Assembly (NCBI GenBank): GCA_038131735.1
Contig: JAYPPX010000001.1
Location: 1,057,729 to 1,121,728, forward strand
Direction: 5' to 3'
From: Hyphomicrobiales bacterium
Lineage (GTDB): Bacteria; Pseudomonadota; Alphaproteobacteria; Rhizobiales; TMED25
DNA length: 64,000 bases
The notes under the pieces were generated by a model that was not told the DNA's origin, ran no database searches, and worked only from the letters and a program-made list of their open reading frames with translations. This document shows positions 59,238 to 64,000 of this stretch, piece by piece; position 1 is the first letter of the stretch; each line of letters starts with the position of its first letter. The position numbers were made by a program, and so were the translations under genes.

Positions 59238-60307
59238 CAAATAGCGTCAAAACAATCGGTATTTTTGGAGGGGGGCAATTGGGACAAATGCTCTCACAAG
59301 CAGCTGCTTCACTTGGTTTCAAGACGTGTATCTATAGCCCAGACGAAAACTCTCCAGCATTTATGAACTCAGATTATCAGATTGTTGCTGAATATGATGA
59401 CATATCTAAATTAGATGAATTTGTAAACAAAATCGACTATGCCACAATTGAATTCGAAAATATCCCAATAGACACTATTCAGTTTATCTCGAATAAAATT
59501 AAGGTTTATCCACCAATCAATGCAATCGAGATAAGCCAGGATCGTATAAAAGAAAAAAACTTCTGTAAGAAGCTTGGTATTAAAACAAATCAATTTCAAA
59601 ATATTGAGTCAATAAAAGACCTTGAGTCATGGGATTTTTCAAAAAAAAGTGTCCTTAAAACACGAATGCTTGGTTATGATGGTAAAGGACAAACACTCAT
59701 CAATACATATCAAGAAGCCGTAGATGCATTTAATTCTATGGGCCAATTTCCATGTATAATTGAAGAATTTGTATATTTTTCAAAAGAAATTTCTACAATT
59801 ACAGCAAGGGATAAATTTGGGTCAATATTTACTTTTCCACCCTCCGAAAATGTTCATAAAAATCATATCTTAGGTGTAACGGAAGTTCCTGCGAATATTT
59901 CAAATGAATTAGAAATAAAGTTATACCAAACATCTGCCAATATTCTAGAAAAGTTAAATTATATTGGAATATTATCGATTGAATTCTTCATAGAAAAGGA
60001 CAGCCAGGAAATACTTGTTAATGAAATCGCTCCCAGAGTTCATAACTCAGGTCATTGGACGCTTGATGGGTCAAACATATCTCAATTCGAACAACACATA
60101 AGAGCAGTTACTGGGATGAGAATTGTTGAACCAGAACTTTTATTCAGAACGAAAATGTTGAATCTAATAGGTGAAGACGTACATAAATGGGATACAAATG
60201 ATAGTAATGATACACAAAAAATATATATTTATGGGAAAAATGAAGTAAAAAAAGGAAGAAAGATGGGTCATATAAACTTTATTTATGATGAACAAACTAA
60301 AAAATAA
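59234..60307 (+). CDS. purK: N5-carboxyaminoimidazole ribonucleotide synthase
   Basis: 357 aa. [12 protein letters not shown] and an ATP-grasp core ([21 protein letters not shown]). The start overlaps the purE stop by 4 nt. Confidence 0.9.
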   Translation: MTNSVKTIGIFGGGQLGQMLSQAAASLGFKTCIYSPDENSPAFMNSDYQIVAEYDDISKLDEFVNKIDYATIEFENIPIDTIQFISNKIKVYPPINAIEISQDRIKEKNFCKKLGIKTNQFQNIESIKDLESWDFSKKSVLKTRMLGYDGKGQTLINTYQEAVDAFNSMGQFPCIIEEFVYFSKEISTITARDKFGSIFTFPPSENVHKNHILGVTEVPANISNELEIKLYQTSANILEKLNYIGILSIEFFIEKDSQEILVNEIAPRVHNSGHWTLDGSNISQFEQHIRAVTGMRIVEPELLFRTKMLNLIGEDVHKWDTNDSNDTQKIYIYGKNEVKKGRKMGHINFIYDEQTKK

Positions 60308-60396
60308 CCTGGCATTATATGTATTTATGTTTACAAAGATCTCTAATGATAATATAAGTATGAAAAACTCTTGAGTAATACAAATGGGAGAATAAA

Positions 60397-60609
60397 TTGC
60401 AAGTAACTGTAAGAGATAATAACGTTGATCAAGCTCTAAAAGCACTTAAAAAAAAGATGCAACGTGAAGGTATTTTCAGAGAAATGAAGCTCAGAAATCA
60501 TTATGAAAAACCATCTGTAAAAAAAGCCCGTGAAAAGGCTGAAGCCATCCGACGCGGTAGAAAATTAGCTAGAAAAAAATTAATGCGTGACGGTTCAGGA
60601 ATATTTTAA
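60397..60609 (+). CDS. rpsU: 30S ribosomal protein S21
   Basis: 70 aa. [30 protein letters not shown]...[19 protein letters not shown] start, preceded by a gggaga SD. Confidence 0.9.
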   Translation: MQVTVRDNNVDQALKALKKKMQREGIFREMKLRNHYEKPSVKKAREKAEAIRRGRKLARKKLMRDGSGIF

Positions 60610-60663
60610 ACAGATATTAATACACCCATAATAAAATATACAGACTAAATAAACAGGTACCTT

Positions 60664-61530
60664 ATGGAACTGATTAGAAGAACTGTATCCGTTAATAATA
60701 AAAATATCTTCTCAATATATTTAATAGTGGTAGTACTTTCTGGTTGCGCCACCAATGATTTTGTATCAGTTCCTAACACACAACCAACTAATACAATTTT
60801 AAAAAAAGAAACTAGTGATAATAATATATTATCAATAAGATCTGCATTACATAAAAATAGAAATTCTATTGATTTATATTTAAAACTTGCAACTGAGCTT
60901 GTAAAAGATCAAAATTATTCAGAAGCTATTTATAATCTAGATATAGCTTTAAATGAAAATCCAGACTCATTCCTTGCACTAAATTTACGTGGTGAAATAC
61001 ATTATTTATTAGGTGATTTTGATAGTGCTATCTCTGATTTCAAGAGATCATTGCAATTAAATCCATCATATTCAAAGGCTCATTATAATATGGCTAGATA
61101 CCATAATTTTCTTGGTGATACTAAGTTGGCAGTTTTTGAGTTAAATGAGGCAATTAAATATAACGATAAAAATTTTTACGCCTACGAAATGAGGGGGAAA
61201 TTGCTACAAAAATATAGAATGCATACTGAAGCAATTCAGGATTTTGATCACTCAATATCTCTTAGACCAAAAAATATTTCTTCCCTTTACTACAGGGCAT
61301 TATCTTATTATGAAATTGGGAGAATTGAGAGTGCACTCGATGATTTGAACCAAGTCTTAGATAATAATCCTTACCTAATCGACGCACTTTTTATTAGGGC
61401 AGATATATTTAGAAGTTTAGGAAAAGTGGATAGTGCAATAAAAGACTATGAGATTATCCTTGAGAAGGAAAAGAATAATACAAGAGCAAAAAAAGAATTA
61501 ATTGTTACAAAAAGAATTAAAATGCTTTAA
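60664..61530 (+). CDS. TPR-repeat lipoprotein
   Basis: 288 aa. Lipobox VLSGCA, then about six 34-aa TPR units (A...A....P....A...G..Y...G....A). The 3' end overlaps the convergent pntB by 14 nt. Confidence 0.75.
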   Translation: MELIRRTVSVNNKNIFSIYLIVVVLSGCATNDFVSVPNTQPTNTILKKETSDNNILSIRSALHKNRNSIDLYLKLATELVKDQNYSEAIYNLDIALNENPDSFLALNLRGEIHYLLGDFDSAISDFKRSLQLNPSYSKAHYNMARYHNFLGDTKLAVFELNEAIKYNDKNFYAYEMRGKLLQKYRMHTEAIQDFDHSISLRPKNISSLYYRALSYYEIGRIESALDDLNQVLDNNPYLIDALFIRADIFRSLGKVDSAIKDYEIILEKEKNNTRAKKELIVTKRIKML

Positions 61531-62914
61531 CTATATCTTCTACCATTTTTTTCGCATCTCCAAAAAGCATCATAGTGTTGTCTCTGAAAAAGAGTTCATT
61601 TTCAACACCAGCATAACCCGATGCCAGAGATCTTTTGAGGAATAATATAGTTCCAGATCTTTCAACGTCTAGAATAGGCATACCATAAATAGGACTGTTT
61701 TTATCACTCTTTGCTGCAGGATTTGTAACATCATTTGCACCAATAACAAATGTTACATCAGTTTGACTAAATTGAGAGTTAATATCCTCAAGTTCAAAAA
61801 CTTCATCATACGGTACTTGCGCTTCAGCAAGAAGTACATTCATGTGACCAGGCATTCTTCCTGCAACTGGGTGGATTGCATAAGACACCTTAACACCAGA
61901 CTCTTTTAAAATATCAACCATCTCTCTTAAAGCATGCTGTGCCTGCGCAACAGCCATCCCATAACCTGGAACGATAATAACCGATCCAGCATTTTTCATA
62001 ATGAACGCTGCATCATCAGCTGACCCTTGTTTTACCGGACGGTTTTCTGCTACAGCACCACCTGAAACATTAGTTTCTCCTCCAAAACCACCTAAGATGA
62101 CATTAAAAAATGATCTATTCATACCTTTACACATTATATAGGATAATATGGCACCAGATGAACCAACCAAAGCACCCGTAATAATGAGTGCGATGTTCCC
62201 AAGAGTAAAACCAATACCTGCAGCAGCCCAACCAGAGTAAGAGTTCAACATAGATACTACTACTGGCATGTCAGCTCCACCAATCGGGATAATAATTAAA
62301 AATCCGATTAACAGTGACAGAATAACAATTGTCCAATAAATGGTATGTGATTCAGTCATTGTAAAAACAACAAGGAGAGATAAAATAGCTATTGCTATAA
62401 GTAAATTCAGAAGATGTTGCTTTGGAAAAACTATAGGGGCTCCTGACATTAATCCTTGTAATTTCAAGAAAGCAATTATAGATCCTGAAAATGTAATGGC
62501 ACCAATAATGACACCAAGACCCATTTCTATGAGACTCGCTAGGTGGATGTTCCCAACAGAACCAATACCCATTGATGAAGGCACATAAAGTGCAGCAGAA
62601 GCTACAAGGACTGCGGCTAATCCAACGAGAGAGTGAAATGCAGCAACTAGTTGAGGCATTGCAGTCATTGCAATTTTTTTTGCGATAATTAACCCTATTG
62701 AACCACCAATTGTTACCCCTCCTAATAATAATAGGATGTCTAGTGTTGATGATGGAGGTGTTATGAAAAGAGTGGTAGCGGATGCAATAATCATTCCAAT
62801 TATTCCAAAATAATTACCCATTCTCGCAGATTCAGGATTTGATAATCCTCTTAACGCTAGAATAAAAAAGATTCCAGAAATTAAATACAAAAATGATATT
62901 AGATTAGCAGACAC
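61517..62914 (-). CDS. pntB: NAD(P) transhydrogenase subunit beta
   Basis: 465 aa with multiple N-terminal TM helices, then the dIII NADP(H) domain (VPGYGMAVAQAQH, HPVAGRMPGHMNVLLAEA, GANDV.NPAA). Confidence 0.95.
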   Translation of the reverse strand: MSANLISFLYLISGIFFILALRGLSNPESARMGNYFGIIGMIIASATTLFITPPSSTLDILLLLGGVTIGGSIGLIIAKKIAMTAMPQLVAAFHSLVGLAAVLVASAALYVPSSMGIGSVGNIHLASLIEMGLGVIIGAITFSGSIIAFLKLQGLMSGAPIVFPKQHLLNLLIAIAILSLLVVFTMTESHTIYWTIVILSLLIGFLIIIPIGGADMPVVVSMLNSYSGWAAAGIGFTLGNIALIITGALVGSSGAILSYIMCKGMNRSFFNVILGGFGGETNVSGGAVAENRPVKQGSADDAAFIMKNAGSVIIVPGYGMAVAQAQHALREMVDILKESGVKVSYAIHPVAGRMPGHMNVLLAEAQVPYDEVFELEDINSQFSQTDVTFVIGANDVTNPAAKSDKNSPIYGMPILDVERSGTILFLKRSLASGYAGVENELFFRDNTMMLFGDAKKMVEDIVKAF

Positions 62915-63295
62915 TTATTTTACCTTCTTTTTGTACATTGATAACATTCTATATGTCACAAAGAAACCACCAAAGATATTTATCGAGGCCAAAATTAGTG
63001 CAAAAAACCCGAGGCCTTTTGCGATATAAAAGTTAGATAAATTTGTTTGACCATCAATAAATTCTGTACCTATGGCTAATAGCGCTCCAACGATTATTAC
63101 TGAAGATATTGCGTTAGTTACTGACATAAGTGGAGTATGTAACGCAGGTGTAACACTCCAAATCACATAATAACCAATAAAAATAGCCAATATAAAAATA
63201 GCAAACTTATACATCAGTGGATCTACAGCACCCATAAGCCCAACCGTTTGGGCTATATCAATAGCATCACCAACTATATTTTGATCAGTAGCCAT
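62915..63295 (-). CDS. pntA: NAD(P) transhydrogenase subunit alpha part 2 (membrane dII segment, PntAB)
   Basis: 126 aa with 3-4 TM helices ([14 protein letters not shown]). Abuts pntB with zero spacer, a split-alpha organisation as in Rhodospirillum. Confidence 0.85.
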   Translation of the reverse strand: MATDQNIVGDAIDIAQTVGLMGAVDPLMYKFAIFILAIFIGYYVIWSVTPALHTPLMSVTNAISSVIIVGALLAIGTEFIDGQTNLSNFYIAKGLGFFALILASINIFGGFFVTYRMLSMYKKKVK

Positions 63296-63306
63296 TTTTT
63301 TCTCCT

Positions 63307-64000
63307 TTATTGGTACATTGGATGAACTAATTGACCATTTCTTGCTATAAGAATTCCTTTAATTATTTCATCTTCATAATTTATAGATAATTGAAGATTT
63401 TCGTAATCAACAATCTCATCCAAAAATTTTAATATATTTTGTGCATATAAATTTGATGCATCTGTAGGCAGTAAACGTGCAAAATTTTCATATCCTAAAA
63501 TTGTAATTCCATTGTTTATTGTTTTCTTACCTGGCTGAGAGAGTTCCACATTACCCCCTCTTTCAGTCGCAAGATCCGCGATAACTGAACCTTCTTTCAT
63601 AGTTTCTAACATTTTTTTTGTGACAAGTATTGGAGCTTTACGTCCAGGTATCAATGCAGTTGTTATCACTATATCTTGATTCTTAATATGTTCAGAAATT
63701 AGTTGGCTTTGTTTCTCTTGGTACTCTTTGGACATTTCTTTTGCATAGCCAGCAGATGTTTCAGCAGCTTTAAATTCATCATCTTCAACAGCAATAAACT
63801 TTGCTCCAAGTGATTCAACTTGCTCTTTTGTTGCTGGCCTAACATCAGTCGCCGTAACAATACCCCCTAATCTGCGTGCAGTCGCAATTGCTTGAAGTCC
63901 TGCAACACCAACCCCCATTATAAAAATCTTTGCAGGAGCAATAGTTCCAGCAGCAGTCATCATCATAGGAATTGCTTTTTTATATTCTGATGTAGCGTCA
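63307..64000 (-). CDS. pntA: NAD(P) transhydrogenase subunit alpha part 1 (dI, PntAA), C-terminal part; the N terminus lies beyond the window end
   Basis: The frame stays open to base 64000 (own translation ..[38 protein letters not shown]). Rossmann GVGVAGLQA, alanine-dehydrogenase-like fold. Confidence 0.9.
   Translation of the reverse strand, partial: DATSEYKKAIPMMMTAAGTIAPAKIFIMGVGVAGLQAIATARRLGGIVTATDVRPATKEQVESLGAKFIAVEDDEFKAAETSAGYAKEMSKEYQEKQSQLISEHIKNQDIVITTALIPGRKAPILVTKKMLETMKEGSVIADLATERGGNVELSQPGKKTINNGITILGYENFARLLPTDASNLYAQNILKFLDEIVDYENLQLSINYEDEIIKGILIARNGQLVHPMYQ

Noticed and set aside
1-64000. Search for CRISPR arrays, transposases, integrases, prophage genes, rRNA operons and long direct or inverted repeats
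   Set aside because: I found no spaced direct-repeat arrays and no ORFs with recombinase, transposase or phage hallmark motifs. No rRNA-like GC-rich non-coding stretch exists beyond the tRNA and the 6S candidate. Essentially all sequence is accounted for by ordinary CDSs.

Overview
This is an AT-rich (about 30% GC by eye), very gene-dense chromosomal window from a streamlined alphaproteobacterium. It looks Pelagibacterales/SAR11-like, based on the ctrA-chpT module, DUF1013, DUF1134 and ZauP-type families, split PntAA/PntAB/PntB, the ruvCAB-tolQRAB-pal-tilS-ftsH order, and spacers mostly under 100 bp with many overlapping stops and starts. I call about 70 protein genes, one tRNA(CAU), a 6S RNA in the classical zapA-ssrS-ygfA position, and a GC-rich leader hairpin upstream of serC-serA. 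Most of the window is core housekeeping: purA, serA/serC, glmM, ftsH, tilS, Tol-Pal, ruvABC, tkt-gap-pgk-fba, efp, rpmE, rpsU, purEK and pnt. The main exception is 2.6-16.8 kb, a block directly downstream of the tRNA 3' end. It is packed with transporters (4 MFS, 1 MATE) and oxidative or C-C-cleaving enzymes: a lactonase-like amidohydrolase, a Gfo/Idh/MocA dehydrogenase, an orphan TPP E1 alpha/beta pair with a free-standing lipoyl domain, a GMC oxidoreductase, an HpcH aldolase and an internally duplicated unknown protein. Its substrate is unassigned. The most system-like unexplained element is a MotA/ExbB-like channel gene followed by a MotB/OmpA-like gene with a roughly 300 aa coiled coil (53.5-56.0 kb), with no flagellar context in the window. 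Other points are a YmdB-type phosphoesterase split by a 1-nt frameshift, a SuhB-like protein whose phosphatase metal ligands are substituted, and an N-terminally truncated cytochrome b561 homologue. I saw no rRNA, CRISPR array, transposase, integrase or prophage genes. All protein calls rest on motif and family recognition by eye from the supplied translations. No database search was run. Several ORF-track starts are TTG/GTG extensions, which I trimmed to the nearest plausible ATG.
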